The translations under genes were made by a program, and so were the position numbers. The notes below the pieces were generated by a model that saw nothing but the letters and a program-made list of their open reading frames with translations, had not been told where the DNA came from and did not search any database. Shown in pieces: positions 25,170 through 36,538 of a DNA stretch of 64,000 nt. Source of the DNA: Camelus dromedarius (Eukaryota); contig NC_087441.1 in NCBI RefSeq assembly GCF_036321535.1, positions 19,530,001-19,594,000 on the forward strand, written 5' to 3'. Each line of letters opens with the position of its first letter. Position 1 is the stretch's first letter.

Positions 25170-25395
25170 TTATTTTAAAATTTTTTATTGAAGTATAGTC
25201 AATTTACAGTGTTGGGTCAGTTTCTGGTGTTCAGCACAATGTTTCAGTATCTGCAAAAAATGCAGATATTCATTTTTTTTTAAAATAATAATTCCATGGG
25301 TTTTTTTTGTATAGTCAGTTACAATGTGTCAATTTCTCATTTTCATATTCTTTTTCATTATAGGTTACTACAAGGTATTGAATATAGTTTGCCTG
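25170..25395 (-). mobile_element. Composite cetartiodactyl/camelid L1 3' tail fragments
   Basis: ttttttattgaagtatagtcaatttaca... and tatagtcagttacaatgtgtcaatttct...cattataggttactacaaggtattgaatatagtt; homologous to 60730-61085. Confidence 0.75.
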
Positions 25396-25804
25396 GGACA
25401 CTTACCCTGGACTTTTGTATGGCTAACTCTTATTTACCCTCAAGGGCCAGCTTACATGCCACTTCCTCCGGGAAGCCTTCCATGACACTGCAAGTTTGGA
25501 TAGGGAATGATTCTCTGGACTCTGAGAGCCCCCTGAATTTCTTCTATTATACATAGTCCTTATGAACTGTAAGGGAATTGTTTTCTTCTTTCCCCATATC
25601 CTTTAATAGACTGTAAGCTTGCTGAGGGCAGAGCCAAAGCTGTATACACTGTTAACCTCTGGCGATTAGCACCCTGCCAGGCACATGGGAAAGCTCAGTA
25701 AATATTTGTTTGAGAGAGTTAATGAACTCCATCCTGAGTCAACATGGACCTGGTTTTCAGAAGATGGGAGAATTAAAACACTATAATAATAACCAAGCTA
25801 ATTC

Positions 25805-26269
25805 TGTGAAGGAAAAGCCGGGCTGGTCTAACAAGATAACTCACAAGTCTAGGAATGTGAAGGAGAGGCTGGGCTGGGCTAACAAGATAACTAACAAGTC
25901 TAAGTATTGGAATACTGATCAGAGTTCTGCTGGACTAACTTGTAAATCTAGGTTAATTAGTGTTGGTTTGCTGTTCATGTTTTTTTGCTAGCCAGCTGGA
26001 TTTTCAAAGATACATATCTGGCTTTGGAATGTTGGTTTGCTACCTCCCTGCCTCCACTTTTGTGATGATAATACTGCTAAAGCTGTTCCATGCCTATTGG
26101 CCGAATACCCCAAGCTTGTACTTTACCCTATAAAACCTCATGTGCACATCTTGAAGGGGCTCAGAGTTTCGGAGCAGAAGCCCCTCTGAGCCCGCCGGCG
26201 TAATACATCTGAGTACTCCAACCCTCCGAGTGGTGCTTGTTTCTCGACTGGCCTGTCGTTTCCGTAACA
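25805..26269 (+). mobile_element. Young ERV1-type solo LTR, family A, copy 1 (465 bp)
   Basis: TG...CA termini. TSD attc/attt (1 mismatch). TATAAAA at 26129-26135, AATACA at 26202-26207, 51-bp U3 tandem duplication. ~94% identical to the reverse complement of 31425-31888. Confidence 0.93.
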
Positions 26270-26467
26270 ATTTCTTCTCTTACTTTGAAAATTATTAGGA
26301 ACACAGTTCTACTTAAATGTATAAAATTGAAGCACCGTTGGGTGCTGTGGGAGAGACAGTGCGCTGGGGCACGTTTCCTGCTGGTGACTGCAGACCCTGG
26401 AAACCATCTGCTGACTGTGAGCCCGGGCAGGACCAGGGTCACGGTAAAGATGCTCACGTAATCCTGC

Positions 26468-27096
26468 TGAGACAGGAAGGGGGCAGGTCACAGCCATTCA
26501 AAGAATGCCACAGCAATTAACATCAAAATGGTGGAAGATTCAACCCCCAGTAGGCCTTGAGGCTCAAGATGATGAGAGATTTAACTTCTAGCAGATCTTG
26601 AGCTTCATTATACACCCATTGTAATATATTAACATGGTGAATAACATGCCCACAGGCACCATGGCAGCCCCAAGGCTAGCCACAAAAGGTCCAAGAGTGG
26701 GAAACGGCCAACTTCCTGGGAATCCCAACCCCTTCCCCAGGCTACTTAGACAGGTCCTTCCACTTATTAGCATATGAAGCCACCGAGCCCATAAAAACCA
26801 GCCACATGGCACCTGGAGGTGGCCACTCCTCTCCCTCTTTGGAGACGGCCCACATTCTGTCTATGGAGTGTGTACCTACTTTTAATCTGAGCACCCAACC
26901 CCCACACCTTGCAGCCTTTCTCTTGCCTTTCAATGTATCTCTCTGAGTAAAATCTACCTTCACTCAACTGTGGCTCGCTCTTGAATTCTTTCCTGCGCCA
27001 AGCCAAGGACCCACACTTGGCGGGGCACGTCCCAGGGGCTTAACTGAAGCCTGGGACATGGCCCTCCTCACACCCCACATCCGTTTTCCTGCATCA
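26468..27096 (+). mobile_element. ERV1-type solo LTR, family B (629 bp)
   Basis: tgagacaggaagg...ttttcctgcatca; perfect 4-bp TSD ctgc (26464-26467, 27097-27100); cataaaaa TATA-like box; AGTAAA at 26946-26951. Confidence 0.88.
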
Positions 27097-27457
27097 CTGC
27101 CTGCGTAGCCACCAGAGAATATGTTCCGAGCCTTCAAGACACTCTCACATCCTCAAACACAGCGAGAAAACTCCCCTCGAGGAAATGAGGAGGCTCTACT
27201 TTGGCTAAAAAATGGATCTTTTCTCCACTTTTTTTTATTGCCTGAACTGGGTCATCTCCCCTATAGGATGTCACTGGCAAGGAGCACCGTCTGTGAGGTT
27301 CCTCCTACAAGTCTATCAGCTTCAGGTGGCAATTTAAATGAATCAGGCAAGTGGGAGAAGAGACAATAAAGCTGAAATTCAATGTTAGAGAAATACACGG
27401 TCAGAGTGTTGTAAACAAGTTATATGGTTATTACTGAGCTAAGTGTAAGGTAGGTGT

Positions 27458-27935
27458 TGTGAACGAAAAATACCGCAAGCCAGATCAGTAAACAAAGAAT
27501 GCTGAAGCCATCAAGTCATCAGCGGCTGCAGCCACCCCCAGTGAAGACAAGCCTGCAGCCCGGCCTCTGCAGCCACTCACAATGGTGCACCCTGAGGGGA
27601 GTCAGAATAAGAAAGGACAGGATACTGGCCCTAGATGGCTAGGTGCTTGTCAAAGGAATGAATTCAATGAGCCCAAATGTTTGCTTCCTCCCATACACAG
27701 AAAAGCACTTAATTCTTTAACTTGAGATGCCTGTCTTTCTTTAGATAACAAGTAATCTTTTATCGTTCCAGCTACCTGGCCTTTGTTGTAAAGCTCCTAT
27801 ATATCCTAGCTCCTCCCCTACCTCTTCAGGGCAGTCCCTCAGAGAGATCTGAGAGGCTGTCACCCCAGCTCAAGTTCTCCCACCAAATAAAACGTAACTC
27901 TTAACTTTTAGGCTGCGCATTTATTTCAGTCGATA
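27458..27935 (+). mobile_element. ERV1-type solo LTR, family C (478 bp)
   Basis: tgtgaacg...ttcagtcgata (terminal CA mutated to TA); perfect TSD gtgt (27454-27457, 27936-27939); ctatatat box; AATAAA at 27886-27891. Confidence 0.88.
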
Positions 27936-28249
27936 GTGTAAATATTTTTAAAAACTAAAAAAAAAATTTCCTTACTCTATCTGCTTGTATTTAAACCTCA
28001 CATGCTATCACGATTTCTCTTATTAAGCAATCTATCTTAATAATATTTTCTCTGATATTTTGATTGATGTGAAGTCTAAAGAGAATGATTCTGTATTAAC
28101 CCTTAAAAACTGCAGACAAGGAAGCTCTTTTTATTTAAGACCATTTCAACTACTCATCTTTCTGTTGTCTAGGTAGTGAGGGGAGAGGATCTGGGTGTCA
28201 GACTTTGGGCAAAAAAATTAACCAAATAACCACATAATTACAACTTTTT

Positions 28250-29050
28250 TTAACTTCCTAGATGGAAATGAACAGGAAATGAATAGGTGACAGGTACCAC
28301 AGAGAGGCTGACCCAAGTCTTGGAAATCAGAGAAGGCCTCCCTAAGGAAGACATATTTAAGCTAATACCTGAAGGGTGAGTAGGATTTGGAACTAATAAT
28401 CATGGGAGACCTGACTGAGGGAGAGGTGGGGTTGGATGGTGGTGTGGGGAAGGTGGGAGCTTTGAAGTTGGAAGGAAAGTCCTTGACAACCAGTGAGAAG
28501 GTCACTGTGACTGGAGCTAATAAGCAAAGGGAGAAGAGGAGGAGGAGGAGGCCAGAGAGACGGGTGGGGTCAGCTAACACAGGTCTCCTAAGCCGTGGAA
28601 AGGAACTTTGGACTTTACCCTTAGAAGCAACAGGAAGTCAACCACACTCTCGGAGAAAGGGAGTGGCATGGTCATTATGTGTTTTTCAGAGGTCCCTCAG
28701 GGCTCCTACACATAGATGGGGTGGTGCTGGGGAAATGCCAGTTCTACGCAGTGGTTCAGGAGGAAATAACTCAAGCTTGGACCATGGTGTTGGCAGTGGA
28801 GAAAGAGCAAAGCGTAAAGATTCTAAAAGTACTTTGGAGGGAGAGGAGCCAGAAGCTGGTGGAAGATTCTCCGTTGCAGGCCCAAGAGAGAAGGGTTGAG
28901 GAGGAAAGGGTGAGGAAAGAGAGTGACTCAGGAAGGGGGGATGTTTTAGTACCAGAACTGCTGAACTGTCAATCAAGTAGAGGTCTACAAAGCATTCAAT
29001 GGATTTACCAAAATAGGAGTTACTGGTGACATCAAGCAAAGGTTCTACCG
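28250..29050 (-). mobile_element. Decayed L2
   Basis: Reverse L2 motifs (ttggaaatcagagaaggcctccctaaggaag; ttggactttacccttagaagcaacaggaagtca). Confidence 0.7.
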
Positions 29051-29089
29051 AAGTAATGAAGCCTATGCTGCACTGCAGTGGATTATAAT

Positions 29090-29330
29090 CATATTAACAT
29101 AGTACAAGCCCTGCCTAGGTACTGCCCTACGAACTCTCCATATACTTAAAATTTATATTACTTCAGTCATCACAACAACCTGATGAAGCAGGTACTCTTT
29201 TTATTCCATTCTAGAGATGAGGAAACGAAGGCATGGAGAGGTTATGTGACTTGCCCAAGGTCATATGGCGGAAGCAGGATCCCGGTTCAGGCAGCTTGGC
29301 TCACAAATCCATTCTCTTGATGATTTCACT
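29090..29330 (-). mobile_element. MIR SINE
   Basis: cacaacaacctgatgaagcaggtact...ctagagatgaggaaacgaaggcatggagaggttatgtgacttgcccaaggtca. Confidence 0.8.
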
Positions 29331-30607
29331 GCCCTTCTCCTAAGCATGTAAATGGGAGTGGAGACAGTGTAGACAACTTTTTAGAGAAACTCGGCTGTGA
29401 GTAGGGAGACAGTGCAGTAGCTAGACGTAAAAGGGAGTGGTCCCAGGAGAGTAAATTTTTTTAAGGTAGGGACTAAGACAGGAGTATGTTCAAGTATTGA
29501 TTGGAAGGATCTGGTAGTGAGACTGCAGTTATGGGAGGATAAAGTGATGACCGACTGGTGGAGAGCTGGGAGGGGGTGGAGCCAGACTACACAGGGGAAG
29601 GTTACCTGTTGGAAGGTGTGGAAACTCCTCCCCTACTGTCACAGGAGACAAGGAAAGGGTGGGTCCAGAAAGATGTTATTCCTCAGAATAATAAACACTG
29701 GGAATTCCAGATGCTATCTAAGAAACGGATTCAGTTAGCACCAAAGTGGACACTCTGAGGAGCCCAGTGCGAGCCACTGGGCAAGTCCTCAATGGTCTGG
29801 ATAGACTTCTCCTCCTTAGAAGACGAGAAAACACTAACTACCTCTCCACAAAGTGTTTGTAAAAACAAGCAGATTAGAATAATGGGAAAGCAACAGTAGT
29901 CTCAATTCTCAGGGGAAAAGCAGGACTCAGGAAATAACTTAGAATGCGAACCATAAGAAATTTTCAGAACACTCTTTAGCATTCTTGACTGGCAGCAAGG
30001 AGACACAAACCCCATGAAGCAGGACCCAAATCCCTAAGAAGAGCAGAGGATAAAATGAAAATAAGGATGGCAGGGAAAAGAGGAAGTGAGAGAAATGGCA
30101 CTTTCTCATAGAGATTCAGACACTCAGGATTTCTGTTGCTTGGGGGAAAGGAAAGATACTGTCATTTCTTGAGTGACACACAGGCACATTCATATATTAT
30201 CTCTAACAGGAGCTCCTGTGCTGGCGTTACCTCCCATTTTAAAGGTGGTAAAAAATGAGCCTCAGAGAGGATAAGTAATTTGCTCAAAGCCCCTAATAAG
30301 AGAGGAACTGAACAAAGACCATCTGACTTCAAGGTTCTGGACCCCTACCTCCCAGAGCAGCGTATCAGGTTAATGAGGGAAGAAACATGCAGAAAGCAGG
30401 TGAGTTCAGGTTACCTAAGAATTGAGTATTCTTAGCTTACACACAGAACAGCAACAATGGATACTGTACTGAGGGCCAATGATCTGGTGTGCATTTTGTA
30501 CCCATTTTTCTGATTCTCACAGCAATCCTGCCTAAGTGTTATCACCCTCTTTTTTTTTTTTTTTTCCAGGTGGAAAAACAGAGGGCCACAGAGACTGATT
30601 TGCTCAA

Positions 30608-31117
30608 TCCTATTGGTTGCCTTGTGGCTATAACACGTTACCACAAACTTTGTGACTTAAAACAATGCAAATTTATTTTATAATTCTGTATGTTCAAAAT
30701 CCAACAAAGATCTCACAAGACTAATACTGAGATGTTGGCAGGGCTGCACTCCTCTCTGGAGGCTCTAGGGGAAATCTGTCTCCTTGACTTTTCTACCTTC
30801 TAGAAACAGCCCACATTCCTTGGTTGTGGATCCCTTCCTCCATCTTCAGAGCCTGCAACGGTTGCTGGAGTCCTTTTCACATCACAGCTCTCTGACTGTT
30901 CTCCCAATCATGTCCCTCTCTGATCACAGCCGAGAAAGGGTTTCTTCCTTTAACGTTAGGTTGGGCCCACTTGGATAATGCAGGTTAATCTCCCCATGTC
31001 AACATCTTTAATGCGATCACATCTGCGAAGTCTTTTTTTGTCACGCGAGGTGATGTATTCACAGGTTCCGGGAATTAGGTTGTGGACCTCTTTGGGGACA
31101 TTATTCTGCTTGTCACA
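30608..31117 (-). mobile_element. MaLR LTR (MLT1C/D-like)
   Basis: ttaccacaaactttgtgacttaaaacaa...ctggaggctctaggggaaatct...attcacaggttccgggaattagg...cattattctgcttgtcaca. Confidence 0.88.
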
Positions 31118-31424
31118 AACGAAGGTTAAAAAACACTAAAAGGCCTGAGTCGGGAGTTCTAGATTTGGTCTAAATTAAACAGGGAATACTGTTGACTCTA
31201 CCTTCAAAACATACTCAGAATTCTACTACTTCTTACACTGTCATTTCTACCACTTTGGTCCAAACTACTTCACCTCCCACTAGAATTACTTCTGTAGCGT
31301 CTTAACCTGTTCTCCTGCCCAGCCTTGTCCCCATATCCATTCTTTACACAGTAGCCAAAGTGAAACTTTACAAATGTCTAAGAATATGTCAATTCTCTGT
31401 TCAATACTTTCCAGTGAGTAAACT

Positions 31425-31888
31425 TGTTACAGAAACGACAGGCCAGCCAAGAAACAAGCACCACTCGGAGGGTTGGAGTACTCAGATGTATTACGCCGGC
31501 GGGCTTAGAGGGGCTTCTGGTCCGAAGCTCTGAGCACCTCCAAGACGTGTGCATGAGGTTTTACAGGGTAAAGTACAAGCTTTGGGTATTCGGCCAATAG
31601 GCATGGAACAGTTTTAGCAGCATTATCATCACAAAAGTGGAGGCGGGGAGGCAGCAAACCAACATTCCAAAGCCAGATATGTATCTTTGAAAATCCAGCT
31701 GGCTAGCAAAATACATGAACAGCAAACCAACACTAATTAACTTAGATTTACAAGTTAGTCCAGCAGAACTCTGATCAGTATTCTGATAATTAGATTTGTG
31801 AGTTATCTTGTTAGCCCAGCCCAGCCTCTCCTTCACATTCCTAGACTTGTGAGTTATCTTGTTAGACCAGCCCGCCTTTTCCTTCACA
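31425..31888 (-). mobile_element. Young ERV1-type solo LTR, family A, copy 2 (464 bp), sense to AIG1
   Basis: Reverse complement of 25805-26269 at ~94% (about 25 substitutions + 1 indel by manual alignment). Perfect TSD aact (31421-31424, 31889-31892). Confidence 0.95.
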
Positions 31889-33304
31889 AACTCTTAATTA
31901 CTTTTATTTTTAAGAATGCTTTTCTCTATTTTAAAAATAATGTATGTTCCCAGCAAAAACTTGAGGAAATATAGGAAAGCTTCAATAAGAAAACAAGAAA
32001 AATCTGCAATGCCATGGCTGATATCAAGTTTGGTGGTGATAAAATTCTGATTTGGGACAATTTGGGTTTATATTGTAAAAGGAAGAACATACTTCATTAT
32101 GATTTTACTTTATTTTCTAGGTTGGAAAATTGTACGATGGACACATTTGGGGGTAATGGGACTTAGAATGTGAAATTTATCAGAAATCATGAGGACCCCG
32201 AGAACAGGTATCTCTGTCTTGCTGTATATAAGCTCACTGAGGTGACAAGAAATGTTTATCCATAAGAAGAAACCCCCAGGACTCATTTTCTGCCCTACTG
32301 ATGCCTCCTTGCTCCTTGCATTTAGTGCCTTGCATTTAGTGGGCGGCATGTACTCTGCACGGCCCCTGAGATCTCAGGTGGGTCCTGATTGAATGAGAAC
32401 CACTGTGGGAGGGGGCAATGGCCAGAGGCAGGAAGAAGACCCCTCAGCACAGAGGAGACCCACTGTTGAACTGCTGGGGATGTAAATTTCCTAGGACCTG
32501 GGGTGGTTCCCTCTTCCTGTGTCCTGCAGATTGAAAAGCAGCGGCAGCACTACAGGAAGACAAGGATGGGAGGTGCTGGGGGGCCACATCCAAGAAGCAG
32601 ACTGGCCACCAGGAGTCCTGCACCAGGTAAAGCCAGGATGTCTTCTCTTGCAGAATTTGTGAACTAGAGGATGACCACTGTCAGCATCCCGTGATCTTAA
32701 AGTTCTCTGTTTCACCCAGCCCCCCTGCAAGGTTTCCTGATGATCCCTTTAAACTTAAAAAACAAAGTGGTATCTTCATGTCCTTTATTGTTGTGGATTT
32801 TTAAAGCGAAGAGTGTCCGAGGGAGCAAGACTGGGGAAAGGAAGAGAAAGGACTCGTGCGTAGTAACTGACATTCTCAATCCCTTGATAAGAGAACATCA
32901 CATGCTCTTGTTACTGTTTGCTGGGGACCTTCTCAGAACAGCAAATATAGAAATAATGACAATAAGAGCAAACACAGGAACTTTTCACCGTGTGCAGGCA
33001 TAGTTCTGCGGGCTCCACTTCTAGTAACTGCGTCCTCACAACCGCCCTGCGAGGTACGTACTCTCCTTGCCCCTGTTCTGTATCTGAACCAATTAAAGTG
33101 CAGAAAGGTTAAGCAGAGTCGGAATTCAAAGCCAAGAAGTGGCTGTAACAGCTAGACATGGCTGCTTCTGATGTACAAAACAAAAACAAAGCTACGACCT
33201 CACAATCTATTCACCCACAGAGTTACTCTTCACACAGTAAGAGGGAGTGGAGAGCAGGATTCATCGTGTAGACCCTGTACCTGCACCCCAGGGCTTGCGC
33301 TGCC

Positions 33305-33539
33305 CAGTCTGCCCATGAACAACGTGGGTGTGAACTGCGATGGCCCACTTACATGTGGCTTTTTCCAGTAAACACTTACTGCAGTACTACATGATCCGAG
33401 ATTGGTTGGATCTGCAGATGTGGAACCTCAGGTAACACAGAAATCACAGACATGGAAGAAGTGCGATATGGAGCTGACCACATTTTACACCACAGGGATG
33501 GTCGGCGCCCCAATGCCCACGTTGTTCAAGGCTCAACTG
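33305..33539. mobile_element. Tigger2a-like TcMar MITE
   Basis: cagtctgcccatgaacaac ... gttgttcaaggctcaactg|ta terminal inverted repeats with TA at the right end. Confidence 0.8.
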
Positions 33540-33544
33540 TAGTT

Positions 33545-33720
33545 CTAGCAACAGCAAAAAACAGTGTCTCTTCCTTGGGCCAGCCATATTATCTTGCTAA
33601 ACTTTGGACTCCTTATCTGCAAAATGAGCCAAGATAATGCTTATCTCAAAGGGTTATTTGGCAGACTAAATAAGGTAACATTTGAAAAGCTTTTTGGCAC
33701 AGCAGTCAAAAAAATTGTAT
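33545..33720 (+). mobile_element. MIR SINE
   Basis: tccttatctgcaaaatgagcc..gataatgcttatctcaaagggttatttg. Confidence 0.7.
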
Positions 33721-36141
33721 TCACTGCAATTCCCGATAATTACTCTTGTGAGGAAACTGAGGGTATCTGCGTTGTGTCCTGCATAAGGTAACACGGGCCA
33801 TCCAAGGCCTCAGGGGAAACCTCCCAAACCCGGTGCAGGGAAATACGTGCAGGAGTGACGGTGGAGGAGAGATGTGCAGGGAGGGAGCTAAGAGCCCACC
33901 ACACATGGTCGGGGGTGCGTGTGTGTCCCAGACACCTGGGTGAGTGGAGAGAGGAGAGCAGTGGGGTGGTGGAGGTGGGCGTGGTAGGAGTCTGGGATGA
34001 CTTCAGGTGCTAAGCTTGGGTAGGACTGAGATAGGGGCCAGGAAACCCGGCCACTGAACTTGGGAGCTCAAAGGGATCCGGTCCGGGAGGGGAAGCCCCC
34101 TCATCTCTTGCTTTCTCAGCTCTCGCCATCCAAGTCCAGGGAGAGGACAGAGTCACACAGGCAGGGAGACTTGTGAAAGGCTAGAATCAGAGCAAAGCAG
34201 ACGGACAGGCTGGGCAGCAGCTTTGGAGGTTTAGACTCAGCTCAACTGTACAGAGGATTGTAAGGGAGGTCTATTTATTTTATAATTAGCACGTGGTAAG
34301 AGGAATCCTTTCTCACACTTTGGCATAAGGTTCTGGAATGTCCAGCCACAACCCTGGGATGCCGTGGAAAGATGTCATATGCTGAGCCTTCCTCTGCTGT
34401 GTCACTGGTACGTGGGCCCTGAGATAGCCTGAAGGGAGCAGAAGCCAGCACCTTTTGGGTAACAACTAAAATCCTTGGATTTATGTAGTGTGACGTAACG
34501 CGAGGGGCATTGTTTAGCTCTTGGCATAGTTACGAATGCCAAGGGCAGAACAGCAAAGGAAAAAGTCTACTTTGGAAGCTTTCTCAGGACGTATCTGGGA
34601 GAATGCTCTGGTTAACGCAGACATGTGTCCAAACAAGTGCTGGTTTGCTCAGGGAGTACGCAGAGCTGGCAAGCCTCCCTTGGCACGAAGGGCGTAAGTA
34701 ATGTTTCATCTTAATGAGGGATCTTGGGGGTCTATCATGGAGACTATGTGGTATTTCCCACGTGTCTCCTTGGAACGTGGACTGATTGTACCCACGGTGG
34801 AAGAAAAGCCATTAGAAAGCACGTAGTTCCTGAAACCTCTGGGGCTCTACAAGACTCAGATAATTTAATGGCACCTAAATGAATTCATAGAAATACATCC
34901 AGAGTGAAAAGCTTCCTTTCCCACAGGTAAGTAAATATGCGTGCAGTCATGAGATTGTATTTTGGGGGGAGGGGGGAAGGGCGTTTGATTTTTAAACTAA
35001 CGCTGTAGGCAGTTCCAGATGTGCGATGTGCTGTAACTACTGCAGCAACCCCAGAGTGACTGCTAGCTTTCCTACATGACTCTTCTGAAAGATCAGTCAT
35101 TCGAACATCCAGTGCATATGTATAAAGCACATACATTCATTTTTAAGAAATAATTTCAGAGTCACATTTCACCTGTGAGATCTCATCATTTGGACCTTTT
35201 CTTTCAGAGAAAGTCAATACTTAGCATTTTAGGTGGGGGAAAAAATCTAGAAAGTGACTAGGAAAACAAACATTCTCCAGTCACAATGAACAGTCACTGA
35301 CAATTCAATGAAGTGGCAAACGGGATTGAACATTTTACTGCATGTGTGTTCTGGCGTCTGCAGTCTGGGTGTCCCCTTAGATTTAGCCATAGGATGTGAC
35401 TTTTTAGAAGCAAATGACCTTTTAGGCATTATGTGATCATTTAGGCAAAATATGTGAAGTACTGTGCTGACCTTTATTTTATATTTCTGGACTGGCTGGA
35501 GCAAAACACCCCACAGAGACAGGACCTCCCAAAGTGCTCTGGGATTTTGGTGGCATTAAGTACAGTTCTGGGGAGTTTGGAAGAATGGGATTCAGTCCTT
35601 CAGGCTGAAAGGTGACCCAGAACTCAGGACATGAGCGTCCCAAGAGACTGAAATGCTGAGAGGAGAGTCCTCTTCTGTGTATGCTAATATATCAAAGAGT
35701 TCTTGGGATTATGCAGAGAAATAAGAAATTCTCTGTCTTAAGATAAATAATTTTGAAACATTAAAAAGTGGTTAGAACTGAAATTAAAGTGAAGTAAACT
35801 CATCGGGCAAAACCTCTTATCAGATAAATTTGGCCTCTCCCACTTGGGACTTACTTACGCCCAACAGACCAAGTGAAGATTTCCTGCAATTTACTTACCC
35901 CAGTTTTTACAAACCAAACTGTTAAATGCATGCTATATGTAATAGCTAATTCTGGGACAGGTTTCAAACTGACTCAGGAAAACGTACATTTTCACTTGTT
36001 TCACTTAGAGGTTAGAAGTCACTCCTCTAAGAGGTCATTTCTTCTGTCCTCATTTGCATTCGCTGCAACTCCCTCACTCCCCAACAAAAGCAACAACAAC
36101 AAAAAATCCCAAGCAAAAAAGCCCTTAAGCAATAAAACTGA

Positions 36142-36473
36142 NNNNNNNNNNNNNNNNNNNNNNNNNNNNNNNNNNNNNNNNNNNNNNNNNNNNNNNNNNN
36201 NNNNNNNNNNNNNNNNNNNNNNNNNNNNNNNNNNNNNNNNNNNNNNNNNNNNNNNNNNNNNNNNNNNNNNNNNNNNNNNNNNNNNNNNNNNNNNNNNNNN
36301 NNNNNNNNNNNNNNNNNNNNNNNNNNNNNNNNNNNNNNNNNNNNNNNNNNNNNNNNNNNNNNNNNNNNNNNNNNNNNNNNNNNNNNNNNNNNNNNNNNNN
36401 NNNNNNNNNNNNNNNNNNNNNNNNNNNNNNNNNNNNNNNNNNNNNNNNNNNNNNNNNNNNNNNNNNNNNNNNN
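36142..36473. other. Assembly gap (332 N) covering the 3' part of AIG1 exon 4; other gaps at 5653-5828, 15252-15386, 16851-17017 and 60022-60204
   Basis: Runs of n in the sequence. Confidence 0.99.
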
Positions 36474-36538
36474 CTGCTGGGATACGCATGGTGTGATGTC
36501 CTCATCTCGATTAATATAAAGGGCAGAACCGTTGTGTG
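36474..36538 (-). CDS. AIG1: AIG1 coding exon 4, visible 5' part (65 nt): [21 protein letters not shown]; the remainder falls in the N gap
   Basis: Acceptor ctctgttctttttcag (AG at 36540-36539). Peptide matches recalled human AIG1 [22 protein letters not shown] 116-nt exon would end at ~36423, inside gap 36142-36473. Confidence 0.96.

Noticed and set aside
26270-31424. An inversion already mediated by the inverted LTR pair
   Set aside because: TSDs are not swapped: aact flanks both sides of copy 2, and attc/attt flanks copy 1.
25805-31888. A full provirus bounded by two matching LTRs
   Set aside because: The LTRs are inverted rather than direct, each has its own TSD, and the interior is L2/MIR/MLT1/other LTRs with no PBS, gag, pol or env.
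32314-32341. Short direct repeats (14 bp x2 here; also 8 bp x3 at ~3895 and 12 bp x2 at ~60423) as a CRISPR-like or functional array
   Set aside because: Only 2-3 units, no regular unique spacers, eukaryotic context; ordinary slippage duplications.
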